This document shows, one piece after another, positions 1 to 11,777 of a DNA stretch of 64,000 bases. The notes below the pieces were generated by a model. That model had not been told where the DNA came from. It searched no databases and was given only the letters and a program-made list of their open reading frames with translations. The DNA is from Phaeosaccion multiseriatum (Eukaryota; Protista; Ochrophyta, other classes). Both the position numbers and the translations under genes were made by a program. The stretch covers positions 1,798,001-1,862,000 of the forward strand of contig OZ218963.1 in assembly GCA_965112735.1 (NCBI GenBank), written 5' to 3'. Positions within the stretch are counted from its first letter, which is position 1, and each line of letters opens with the position of its first letter.

Positions 1-345
1 AGAGGTACTGGAGGCAGGGTGTCAAGGTACACTTCGCCCATTCGGGGTAGGAAGGACCGATGACGAGGAGCCGCTTCTTGATTGGAACCTTCTCGCACTC
101 TCCTTGGCCTCTAGCCCCCTTTTCTCTTGCCACTTTGCTTGCTTTGCGATGGATGTGCACGGCTTAAGCATCTTCCCCTCCCCCCTCCCCCCTTACACTG
201 TTGCGGTTCCTCGCCTTGATAGTGGAGGGAAAGCATGGAGATGGCTCGCGAGATGTACGAGCAGCAAAAGGGACAGTTTGGAGGCGGAGGACCAGGAGCA
301 GGCGGCAGCATCGGGGGCGACGTGGACGATCTGGACGACGAGTGA
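1..345 (+). CDS. 3' end of an unidentified gene (last two exons, partial)
   Basis: Exon ..1-26 (aag|gtac) joined to exon 223-345 (gatag|tgg) reads RYWRQGVK-WRESMEMAREMYEQQKGQFGGGGPGAGGSIGGDVDDLDDE*. Family not recognised. Confidence 0.55.
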
Positions 346-1408
346 GTAGAAGTAGCTTATGTATGTCTGCTTGGGGCGGTCTGCCATTGGGTGTGAGGGT
401 ACGATTTGGACGGCGAGTAGCTTATGTATCTGATTGGTTTGTCTATTTGCCCAAGCACAGTGGGAAAGGGAGAGTGTGAGGGTAAGAAGGCGTCAGTCGG
501 TCCTGAGACCACACACAGGAGAACGATGGCATTGGAAGGCTCTGAACGAAGGGCCGTACACATCCACAGTAGAGAACACCCCTGCCAATATAATGATACC
601 GTACAAGTCATTCACCCCCTCTTTGTCCTCATAGAATGATACAAACCATCCACCCATTCACCCTCTCTATGTGAAAAAACATATAAATAGGCGAGTGAAA
701 AGCCAGAAGAGAAAAAAAGCCTCTGTTTGTACTCATAGAATGATACAAATGATACAAGCCATTCACCCTCTCTTTGTCCTGCAGGTAGCGCAGCGAGTAG
801 CGTTACGCTCGCTGCCCACACTTCTTTCAAGGTGTTTTTGGCGTACAGCTCAGCACAGAGGCACGCAAGAGAGGGTGTGAGAGAATCCACCGTCCAGATA
901 CAATATGCAAATGAACATAGGAATCAGTAACCCTTGAGTGTAAGGATGTGTGTCTATTGTTCTTTCACTCGCTCAGGCTCAAAGCGAACGCCCTACGCTG
1001 CAAAACGCTGCAAAACGTGATAACGTGTGGAAACACAAGCTCTGTTTTCTTCATAACGGCCCCCCCACCCTCCATTTCACTGCCCTCCAGCTTCTGCTGC
1101 TACTGCGCAGCCCCTGCCTCCACAGACTACAAAACGGTACCACAGCTCTCTGCCCGACTCCGAAAGGACTTGCCCCCCTTCCGCCTCGTTGTCATTCCTC
1201 GCCTCCTTCCTATTGTCTCTAAAACACCACTCCTCTCTCCTGCGCTCCTCACCTGCCGCTGTCCCACCGCCTCTCGAAACCATGGTCCACGCCATCGTCG
1301 TCACCACCTCCGCTCCTTCCCTTCCGCCCCAATACCAGCGGATGGGCTCATCTCTTCATCACTTGCGTCTACCTGTCGACCATTTCACGTGTCCTGCACC
1401 GATCCGGC

Positions 1409-1663
1409 CTAGTTCGCGATACCAACCTCCTGGTGTTGCTGCTGCTGCTCCTGGCTTGCCTCGTCCTCCTCCTCCTCGCCACTCGAACCACAGATGAAAA
1501 GTTTGGACAGGAACTCCACCTTCTCCTCCTCCGCTCTGTTCGAAGCCTCCTGTCGCACCACGGCCTTGCGGCTCATTGCCCTCGCAGCAGGCTGGTACTG
1601 ACGCATGTTGAGCCGATTCCTCTTCACCTTCTCCTTCTTGGCGTTGGCCCGGCACGCCATAAG

Positions 1664-1696
<33 letters not shown>

Positions 1697-1837
1697 CCTG
1701 CTGTTCACCGCGGTGGCACTGCTTCTACTTGCCACCATAGAGGAAGCAGGGGTAACTACCACAAAGGCCGAGGCGCAGGACGAGGCAAGCAGGACCAGGC
1801 ACATGCTCAAGGCAGCCGTCACCACAGACGCGCTCAT
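1409..1837 (-). CDS. Small basic plastid-targeted protein of unknown function (142 aa, single exon)
   Basis: MSASVVTAALSMCLVLLASSCASAFVV: signal peptide with ASAF cleavage motif, then a Ser-rich transit peptide and a K/R-rich core RANAKKEKVKRNRLNMRQY...EFLSKLF. Confidence 0.8.
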
Positions 1838-2403
1838 ATTGCTAGGTCCTATCGGATTGTACAAGACCCCTCTTGTCCTAGGTTGGTAAGTAGGCGGGGC
1901 TGTGGTGCTGCCGTCGTTGGTAAAGACAAGTAAACACAGATCCTTGTGTACTTTACTTGACCTTGTGTTGTTGCCTGTTTCGCCCCACGACAAAATGTGT
2001 GTGCGAGCCCCCTGGGAAGTGTGGTTGGGTCCCCCCGCTCCTGCCCAAAAAAGCCTCACAACAGCCCTCCCCTGGGGTCGACTGATCACTTCTTGTTTTT
2101 GGCCAGAAGGTCATATGGATATCTCATATGTGTCCGCGTAGGGTTTTGAGCGCCGGGATACTTTCTTCCTGTCCGATGTCTAATAGCCGAATATAAAGCA
2201 TTACCGTTGATGTGTGGACGAGGTAGAAGCTACACCTGCTGTAGTAGCAGGGGACGAGGTTGAGGGGGGCGAGTTAGAAGCGCGAGAATTGTCGGACGGC
2301 TCATAAAGGGAGGATGAAATTAACGGGACTGCTTTTGTGGCCAGGCTGGTTTCTTTCGGCCAAAAGACACCCAATAGCTGCTCACGAAGGTATGGTGAGG
2401 CAG

Positions 2404-2655
2404 TCGGGTCCAGGCGAGGTTTCTCGGGCCCGATAAAGCAGAAGCCTGCGGCGGCCTGCGGCCGAAAGTAAGAAGCCTGCGGCTGGCCTGCGGCCAGAAG
2501 CCTGCAGAAAGTAGCGAGAAGCCTGCCAAGTCCCCCATTTTTCTCCCAGCCTGAGAAGCCTGAAGCCTGACCACTGGCCTGCGGCCAGAAGCCCGAAGCC
2601 TGGAGGGGGCTACGGCCCAGAAGCCTAAAGCCCGAGAAACCTCGCCTGGAGCCGA
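2404..2655. mobile_element. MITE (252 bp) with ~26-bp TIRs and AGGCAG target-site duplication
   Basis: Left tcgggtccaggcgaggtttctcgggc (2404-2429) and right gcccgagaaacctcgcctggagccga (2630-2655), one mismatch. aggcag lies at 2398-2403 and 2656-2661. Internal GAAGCCTG subrepeats. A second copy of the interior starts at 44537. Confidence 0.85.
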
Positions 2656-4360
2656 AGGCAGTTGATTCTCATGTTATTCATTGCACTCCCGTCATCGACC
2701 CTCGAGCCCTCTTTGTGTGTCTTCCTCGCGGCGGCCAGAAGCCTCACCCCTCTTCACGTTGCGGCCATGACCTTACCCTTCCCCCCCCTCTCTCTCATTC
2801 GAGATCAAGCTCCCCCGTTTCCCGGGAGGAACTTTTTCGCTCGGCGTCCCTAAATCGTCTCACGCGCCCACGCTCCTCTCTCGGCTCTCATTTCCCCTCG
2901 GCTCTGCTCCGCAAGAACGTAAGGGAACTGCGCGGATGAATCCGTGCTTGACGAGCTGGCGCGGCCAAGAAGAGTCTCACACCCGCGTCGCTTGATCCAA
3001 ACTTGGTGTCCGTCGAGGCGCTTGCCTGCTCCATTCCACGTTGCCCCCGCCGTCATCCTTGCTGGGGTCAGGGGCAAACTATTCATTGAGAATGTGGCCC
3101 CAGTGCCCCATCCTTGAGAGAGGATCAGACTCTCCAACGAGTGAGTGCGGCCATTTTTTGGTACGGGAGAGGACGCAAGTTTTGAATGTAGCGGTGTTTG
3201 GGGAGCTGACAAGCTACACTCCCCGGTCAGCCCCACCCATCCAGGCATACCGAGTGTGCTCAGGGCGGAGCAGTATATGCGTGAAGCCCAGGTTTCCAGC
3301 ATCATCTTCACTCCTCGCTGCACGGCAGTGAGAGCATCTCCTTAACCCCTCCTCCTCCTCGTCGTCGTCTTCGTCCTCCTCACCCTCGTCCTGATCCCTC
3401 GGTGTCGCTCCCACCCAGTGTCACCAACGCCACCGACGAAGCTTCTGCTGCTTACCCACCACCGTCAGGTCTGGAACGCCGCAGACAATCAGAAAACGAG
3501 AGAGTCCCTTCCTTCATGGATAGTGGCACATAAGCACACAAGAGTACAGGGAGTGAAGGACCAGTCTCTCTGCTCAGCTCGCGAGGTCTTTAAAGGTGGG
3601 TCAGCCCTGATAGCCACCACCCCATTTCCTCTATCTACAAGCTGCCCTGGAAGGGTGACAGTGTGTTCACGTCGATGGGGCTGACGAAGATGTGCTTGAT
3701 TCCCTTACTTCCATTCCTTCCTTCCTTTTCACTCCTCGTATCCTGCTACCCTGCATACGGTTCGGATGTCTCTCGGAAGAGGTACAAGGGCTCTATATCA
3801 TTCGCTTCGGAGCGCTTGCATCTCATTCATCGCTGCCGTGACACCCGAGCAGAGGAGGCGCCTACTTTGTGATAAAATTGGCCTGCAAAGATCCATTTCC
3901 CCCATCTTTCGGCATCTTTCCCAGCTCGCCCTCAAGCTGCTACAGATCCTGCGTCTCAACGCCTTCTCAAGAGACATGTGGCTCCCTGTTTGAGCATGCT
4001 ATCTTTGTGAGTGCTGTCCTTTAGGGGAGGGGCGGCAAGACAACATCAATTTTGCAAAGAGCACGAGTACGTTGTGTCCCGGGGGGCGGGAAAACGATAA
4101 ATCAACCCCGCCCCACCCACAGACGAGTTGCACTCTAAGAATAGCCGGCACACCATTGAAGGGAGCAACACGCCTCTGAAGACGAGCAGCAGCGTAACGA
4201 CCCTGATGATCGAAGCCCGATAAGAAGGTAATTATTGCTGAGCTTTTTTCCTTGCTCATGCGGTGCTTGGTTTGTAACGATCACTCCTTGGCCTTCCATC
4301 CTCTTTTCCTCTCCACTGCTTGTCTCAGTGCACCCAATCAAAGTCAAGACGAGGAACACA

Positions 4361-7300
4361 ATGAAGATCGCTGTGACAGCTGCGCTGGTGAGTTGCTCCA
4401 CCGCCTTCGTGTGCCCTTCTGCGCAGCTGGGGCCGATCGAGAGCAGTGCCATGAACGCCCTCAAGATGATAGCGGGAGGAGGTGCAGGCAAAGGGAACGT
4501 GGGTGTGAAGAGAACCGACATGGCACTCAAGGTGAGAGCAATACGTATGACCCGTGACCAGCAGGCTGCTCTTATGGTGCTGCTCTACTAAGCTCTCCCC
4601 TTGGTGCTGCTCTACAAACAACCCTCCCCTTCCTCCTGTTTTGGTGTGGGCATGTTCTGTCCTGCTCTCTTCGTGCCCGCAGGTATCTGCCATGGGGGCT
4701 CCAGCGGCTGTGGCGGTTGCCACAGAAGAGAAGGTACGAGTTCTGTAGCCGCCTTTCCTCTTTAGTCTTCCTGCTACCTTGCCCTCCTTATTCTTGCCTC
4801 CCTCACTCTGTCCCCATGTGGTCCCGTACCTCGTGGCTCGAAGCTGTGTTGACGGCTTTTGAGCCCCTCTGATGTTGCAACGCCCTTCACAACAATACCA
4901 CCCAGAAGGAGAAGACGATGCTGAGGAAGAACATAAAGACGCCTGACCCCATCCCAGAGGCCGGCATTGAGGCTGCGGTGGCTCTCATGCGCACCGGACG
5001 GCTCTACCGTTACAACAGCGACAGTGCCGAGTCGTGTGCTGTTTCAGAGGTGGAGAAGGTCTTTGCCGAGTACACGGGACACAAGTACTGTACGGCACTC
5101 AATAGGTGAGGGGGGGGGGGCGATCGAATTGCTCCGGATGAAGCTTTCGATTCGGCTGCGTCGCCACCTATCCATGCTTTCACCGCTCTCTCTTACCCCA
5201 TGCGAGCAAGGCATAACGTTTACCTTCGCCTTACGCTCCTTTCCCACCACACTCCAGCTGCGGCAGTGCCATCTTTCTGGCCCTGCGGGCGTGTGGAGTA
5301 GAAGCTGGTGACAAGGTAACATGTCATCAGTCATCACTGGGCAGGGGTTTCGTGCTCGCCTTGTCACGCGTTGCCGTTTCTAACAGCACGCCAGCCTCTT
5401 ATCCTTTTGTCTCATCTCTGTTCCACCGTGCCTCCTCGTCTTCTCCTCCTTCGCCTTGCACCCTCCCCGCCTTGTCCTCCCTCGCTTGGGCATCACTCAC
5501 TTCAGGTCTTGAGCAATGCCTTTACGTTTGGTGCTGTTCCCTCCGCTATCGTCCACGCCGGGGGAGAGCCCATTTACGTCGACTGCCTGGAGGGGGTGAG
5601 TGCCTGCCGCTAGTCTGAACAAGCAAAGAACTGTTTCCAAATGCTAGACTTCTATGCTTTCCCTCTGTCCACGTGTATGACTCTTATGCTCCTTTCCTGT
5701 CGGGCTCTGCCGCTGCCGCTGCCGCTGTATGTCTTGTCCCCCTCTCCCCTCTCGACCCGAAAGTACGTTTTGGACCCGGAGGACCTGGCGCGAAGGGCAG
5801 ATGAGTCCGGAGCAAAGTACTGCGTCGTTTCACACATGCGTGGTAAGTAAGGCACATGGTGTGTGTGTTATCGCGCGGTTGACCTTCACAGCGGCCAAGT
5901 CATTCTGCATGATTTAATGGATTCCCAACAACTACTACTACTCACACCCCACCGCTCCTCTCTATACACCGCCGTCCTTCCTCGCTCACACGCCCGCCGC
6001 TCTTCTCCATATGTGCGTCAGGAAAACTCGCCGACATGGACCGTATCAAAGCCGTGTGCGACGAGAGAGGCATCACACTCATCGAGGACTGCGCCCACAG
6101 GTACGCACTTGAATTGAAGCACAAGCAGTCAGTATCATTGTGTGATCGTCCTTGTCCTTTGCGAGGGGGAGCATGCCCGATTCGATCGCCATGGACAATC
6201 TCAATCCGCCGTCTTTTCTCTTTGCTCTGAGCCGCTCTGGATCTCTCAGGCTCTTCTACTCGTCTTCCTCTCACTCTACGCTCGTACCTCTCCTTTTCTC
6301 ACTTTCTCTCGCCCCTCCGGAGCTGGTGTTTCTCCTCTACTATTCTCGTCACCATACCCTGCCATCCCAACTCACTCACCCGCTCTGCCAACCACTACGA
6401 ACAATCATACACGCACAAAAAGCCTGGGAGTAAGGTGGAAGGGCGACCACTCGGGCCACCACGGCAAAATGGCATGTTTCTCGAGCCAATCCTACAAGAT
6501 GCTCAACAGCGGAGAAGGCGGTTTCATTGTGTCCAACGACGATCAGCTGGCAGCAGACGCCATCATCATGGCTGGAGGTTACGAGAAGCTGTAAGTAATG
6601 AGTGAGTGATGAATACATGGGATGGAATGGAACGGACCGATGGACCGATCCGATCTGCCCGCTGCGAGAAGGTTCCCTTCCCCTTTCATGCTTTTTTCCT
6701 TTGTCCTTTGTTGTTCAAGCTGTGAAGATTGGAGTCAAGTTACGCGTGCTTATCGTAGCACCGCGAATCTCTCCTCCGGGACAGAGGGAAGATGTGTTCA
6801 CATTCACACTATGTAACGGCATCTCATGCGGCCATGGTTCCACCAACTTACCCCATCTAGCCGGCTTGGCTCACACAACGATGCTTTCTCCCTTTCCCTT
6901 GCTTTTGCAATGCACGTCGCAACGCGGGTATGTATTCACCTGCGATACCTCCTCTCCTCAGATACACCAAGCATCTCTTGGCCCCTCCTGGCGAGTGCTT
7001 TGAAGACAAGAGACATCTTCCCAACTACTCCCTTCGAATGCACGCCGTCACAGCCGCGATGCTCACCCCTCAGGTGAGTGCACAATGGCAAGGAGGGGGG
7101 GGATGCCGCACTGAGCTGGACCTGCTCCATAACTGGCCAAGCAAAGGGGACGGAAAATCGAGGGCGGCTGTCAATGGTCGCAGCTTGGACGCTTGTTTGG
7201 GCAGTTTTGAGCCACCAGTCATGCGTCATGTGTGCTCATTTGCTCCAACCCCTTAGCCTCGCCTCCCTCCCTCCCTGTCTCTCTCTCTCTCTCTCTCGTG

Positions 7301-7680
7301 CATATAACCAAACCGATCCACTGGGGCCGAAATGCACCCCCTTTCTTTTCCACTGTGTGTTCCTTTCATTTGTCCATCAGATGGATACTTTAGACGACAG
7401 AATCGCCAAGTACAACGCACGATATGAATGTGTAGCGAAGCGATTAGAGGCTTCAAGGTACGGACGGACGGAAGAGTCTTGCTTCTTTTGTGTCTTCGCG
7501 TTGTGCGTGAGCAGAGAACTATGCGTGCGTGCGTGCGTGCGTGCGGGGGGTTCATGTGTCTCCTCATCCCAGGCCGAATCGGGAAATCGCTGTCCTCTTT
7601 CACACTTCAATCTCACACCTCCTCTCATCATGACCACTCTCTTCCTTCCTCTCTCTTGTCACCCAAACCCTTCCTTCTTC

Positions 7681-7754
<74 letters not shown>

Positions 7755-8828
7755 GGTGGTGGTGGTGGTGGTGTTGTTGTTGTTGTTGATGTTGGTGGTG
7801 GTGGTGGTCTCCAGACACATTACCATCCCCAAGCAACTCCCGGAGGTGTCTCCCGTATGCGATAGTCTCCAGTTCGTACTTACCGACATGGACATTCCCC
7901 AAGTCAACAAGTTTGCGGAGGCATGCGGGGATCGGGGGTTGCCCGTGGAGATCTTTGGTGCTCCCTCGAACGCGCGTTTCTTCCGCAACTGGCTCTTCCA
8001 TGAGGACAGCCACAAGCAGTTTGACAGCCTGGGCCAGACGCAGGTAGATGTTTGTTGGCTTGTGTAGCGGTGTCAGCTTGTAGAGGGGGGTGTGGGGGGG
8101 GGGGAGGGCTCACCTCGACTTTTGGTTTGGAATGGTCCCACACAATATCGAGACAATGGGCTGGGGACCCCTATCGTCGGGGAGGGAAGGGGGTTCTAGA
8201 TGCGAGTGCTGAGATTCGGATTCACGTGCTCGGTCATGGACGCAGGAGCTCCTTCTTACCGTTCCTCTCCTCCTCCTCCTCCTCCTCCTCCTCCTCCTCC
8301 TCCTCCTCCTCCTCCTCCTCCTCCTCCTCCTCCTCCTCCTCCTCCTCCTCCTCCTCCTCCTCCTCCTCCTCCTCCTCCTCCTCCTCCTCCTCCTCCTCCT
8401 CCTCCTCCTCCTCCTCCTCCTCCTCCTCCTCCTCCTCCTCCTCCTCCTCCTCCTCCTCCTCCTCCTCCTCCTCCTCCTCCTCCTCCTCCTCCTCCTCCTC
8501 CTCCTCCTTCCTCCTCCTCCTCCTTCTTCCTCCTCCTCCTCCCTCCTCTCCTCCTCCTCCTCCTCCTCCTCCTCCTCCTCCTCCTCCTCCTCCTCCTCCT
8601 CCTCCTCTACCTCCTCCTCCTCCTCCTCCTCCTCCTCCTCCTCCTCCCTCCTCCCCCTCTTCCCCCTCCCCCTCCCCCTCCCCCTTCTCCTCTTCCTCCC
8701 CCTCCCTCCAGCGTCTGATTGAGTACTCAGCGGACATACGCCTTCCACTCATGTTCGAGGATGACGACTTTGAGACAATCTGCATCATTGTCGAGGAAGC
8801 TTTAGAGGAAGCCATCAGCAGGGCCTAG
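4361..8828 (+). CDS. Plastid-targeted PLP-dependent aminotransferase, DegT/DnrJ/EryC1/StrS family (~12 exons)
   Basis: Presequence MKIAVTAALVSCSTAFV. Motifs PIPEAGIEAAVALMRTGRLYRYN, VLSNAFTFGAVPSAI, SHMRG, LIEDCAH, FSSQSYKMLNSGEGG (PLP lysine). Exons approx. 4361-4531, 4683-4733, 4906-5105, 5258-5315, 5506-5596, 5764-5842, 6021-6100, 6423-6590, 6962-7073, 7381-7457, 7815-8043, 8712-8828. Confidence 0.9.
7681..7808 (+). repeat. (TTG)n/(GTG)n compound microsatellite at the 3' end of an intron
   Basis: Directly visible, ending just before the ccag acceptor at 7814. Confidence 0.95.
8268..8705 (+). repeat. (CCT)n microsatellite in the last aminotransferase intron
   Basis: About 80 perfect CCT units followed by degenerate units up to the acceptor at 8711. 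Confidence 0.95.
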
Positions 8829-9448
8829 TTGTAAGAACCACACGACGGACTGCGTTGTGAGGCAAAGAGAGAGCGTGTTGCGAGCAGGAGCAGACAAGAG
8901 TTATGTCTCCCCTTGGGGGATGCGTGGGCCGCCGACGGAGAGCGGAGGCGGTGACATGCAACCCCTTGTTTATAGGTATTCGTCGGCCTTTTCCATTGAT
9001 CTTCTCCTCTTCAGTGCAAGAGGGAGCAGGCATTCTCTGATAGAGAGGGTTGGACAAAGGAAAGGCATACGGACGGAAGAGGACGCAATTTTTTGGGGAA
9101 ACGTGGGGAGATATTGGTGTAGAGTAGACGGTTGCTTTGTTGTTGTTTCACTGATGTTGTTTCAGTCCGACAAGGATGTCGGAGTACACGTGGAATGGGT
9201 GGGTGGGCAGGAACAAGAGTACTAAAGCACTGAACCTGGAAATCCGAACACCAAGTCGTGTTTTAGAGCTTTGGGAGAGATTCGAGACTAAAGGGTTTTT
9301 GTGAGCATGGTACTTGAAAATCAAGAACGGATTTAGGTGTAAGATTCCTTCGTTTATATTCATTTCTCACATCTGTACAGCACCGCATCACCGGCCCCCA
9401 ACCCCTCTTGAAAGAGAAAGGCCATTCCTTGACAGCACACCTGCCCCC

Positions 9449-11287
9449 TCAGCTGTCGAGGAGGCTGGTGGAGAGGGGCGTGGCAAGAACGGGCTCGCCC
9501 TTCCTCCCCCGAGCAACGACCCGCCGCGTCTGGGCGCTCCAGTTTGCACCCCCTTTCTCGCTGCCGCCCCGCCCATGAGCCCTTTCACCCTCCTCTTCAC
9601 CCTCGCCATGGAGCGAACCGTAGCCATAGGACCCTCCTGCCTCATCGTCACCCCCACTGCGACTGCTGCGGCAATTATCTCGCCACCAGCAGCCGCCCCA
9701 GCAACTCTCCTCCCTGTCACTACTTAGTCCTCCACTGCACCCCGTCAGCCGCTGTCTCCAGCACCGAAGCACGGCCGGGGTGCACAAGAAAATGATGGCG
9801 TTGCATACGCCTTGCACAGCTTGGAAAGAGTACTGCAGCAGGTAGAGCGCGAAAACCGGGTCGTAGGGCTTAAACACTTGATAGACGCGGTTAACAGTGG
9901 CCCAGCTCCAGCACACGAGCAAGACCAGCGTGTACAAGCCCAAGCGTGTGATGATGCTGTGCGTCAATGAAACCGTCGTGTTCGAGTGCACGGCTATCCT
10001 ACCTCCTCCTTCTGCTGCTCCTGCTCCGACTCCTTCCCCTCCTCCCTCTGGACTCGGAGCCCCTCTCTGTCCGCCACCTCCTCCTCCCTCGCTCTCTTCA
10101 GCTCCTCCTGCTCCCCCTCCTCCTCCTCCTCCTCCTCCTCCTCCTCCTCCTCCTCCTCCTCCTCCTCCTCCTCCTCTTCCTTCTCCTCCTTCCCCCCCAC
10201 CTCCTTCTCCCTCGCCGTCTTCGGCTGCGTCTCCTTCTTCTCCGACCTCTGATGTAGCAGCAGTATTCGGTGCTGCTGGTGGCGACAGAGGGCTCGAGCT
10301 GGACCATGCTGTCCTCTCCCTCCCCTGTCCACCTCCCCTTCCCCTGTCCTCTTCTCGGCTAACGGCTGCTTCTAGGGCTCTCGTGGCTCGGCGTACTTTC
10401 ACAACTAGTGTGAAGTTCACAAAGATGCTGATCCAAAGAGGGATATAAATCACCGTGAAACGCCAGACAGTGCCTACGTAGTGGTATCGAGGGAAGGGAA
10501 GAAGGGAGGGGGTTGTGGGGTACTGTTAGCAACTCTTCAACATTTGCTACACACACAGAGACACGACCCACGGCATGTATGTAGAGCACATTCCCCCCTC
10601 TGAGCCCCCATTGGAGGAAGCCGACCCTCCTCCGGGCGAGACTCACCCCATTCGAGGCTCTTGAGGTCATTGGAGGTGATGGTACACCATACGCCGGAGA
10701 TGCCGTAGCTATCTGTGAGTTGGAAGGCGTACAATGATGCACAAACAGGGTGTTCAGTAAGAGAGTCACGGGAGCACGTGGCGGAAAACAGAGCAGAGTA
10801 CCCTACTTGAGCCCAAAACCATCCCCACCTAACCTGTAGTGAGGGGCAAAAGCGCCAAGACCAGCGGCACAAGCCAGCATACGGCAGTAATGGTCCAAAA
10901 CCTGTTCTGCCAGGCGTAGTTCCTTTTGACTATCATGACGAAGCATGCCGTCGTCATGGCGGTAACAAGAGCAAACTGCACGATGGCGAAGTACACTCGC
11001 ATGAGGCCCTGGGTCTGGCACTTGACCGAATGGTCTTCCGTCGCCTGGCCCATGAGGTAGGCCACATCCATACCCATATTGGCGTATGCCAGCGATGCGA
11101 TGAGTCTGAAGGCGAAAGTGTGTAGCTTCCGAAAGCAGTGGTAGCTGAAGACGATGAAAGAGCTCGCCATCAGAGACAGAGCGCAGAGAACCATGCTGAG
11201 GTAGATGAGGATGAGTGACTGAGACGAAGAGAGGAAGTCCTCCGGCGCGCTGGGCTTATCGAAGTTGTGTGAGCGCTTTCCTGCCAT
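9449..11287 (-). CDS. 7TM GPCR, cAMP-receptor-like (Dictyostelium CAR / GCR1 type), 3 exons
   Basis: TM1 LSMVLCALSLMASSFIVFSY, RKLHTFAFRLIASLAYAN, CQTQG, SYGISGVWCTI, FYIPLW-like TM5, RLGLYTLVLLVCWSWATVNR, QGVCNAIIF. Long Gly/Glu-rich third intracellular loop. Confidence 0.85.
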
Positions 11288-11777
11288 CGCTGCTGCTCTG
11301 CCGCACCATTGCAGGCCGAGCAAAACGAAGAGGGGCACTGTGAGCCCTTGTGAGGCCACATTCTTCACAGCGCCGCTCCTGCTCACACATCGGGCAGCAG
11401 GTCTTGTGTCGATGGTGGTCGTGCTAATGAAAGAACGGTCTGACGCTCTGCCATCGCGCATGGCCCTGTCTGGTGGCTCGAAGCGGCCAACCGCCCACCC
11501 CTCCAAAAACTAAAAGTATTTTTTTGGCCGTTTCAAAGCTTGTCCTCAAGGCAACACCAGAAGCGTTAGGATGTCTTGATTTGATGGCATAAAGAGAAGG
11601 AAACAAAGAACGAGGGGGGCATGCATGTAGAGCAAGGCCTTAGATTGTGCTGCTCGAAAAGTAAAGGAGGAGTTCGTAGGAGGGGCAGCAGCGAAGGGGG
11701 AGGTGATATGAAAGTGCCTCCGTCAAAGCGGTGGTGGTAAGCCAACGCGCGAGGCTTTCCTTGGTATCAGGGTCGCC

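Noticed and set aside
8052-8815. Long poly-S/P/R/E ORFs (also 14473-15039 and 50455-51381)
   Set aside because: They arise from stop-free (CCT)n microsatellites in introns or low-complexity DNA, not from real proteins.
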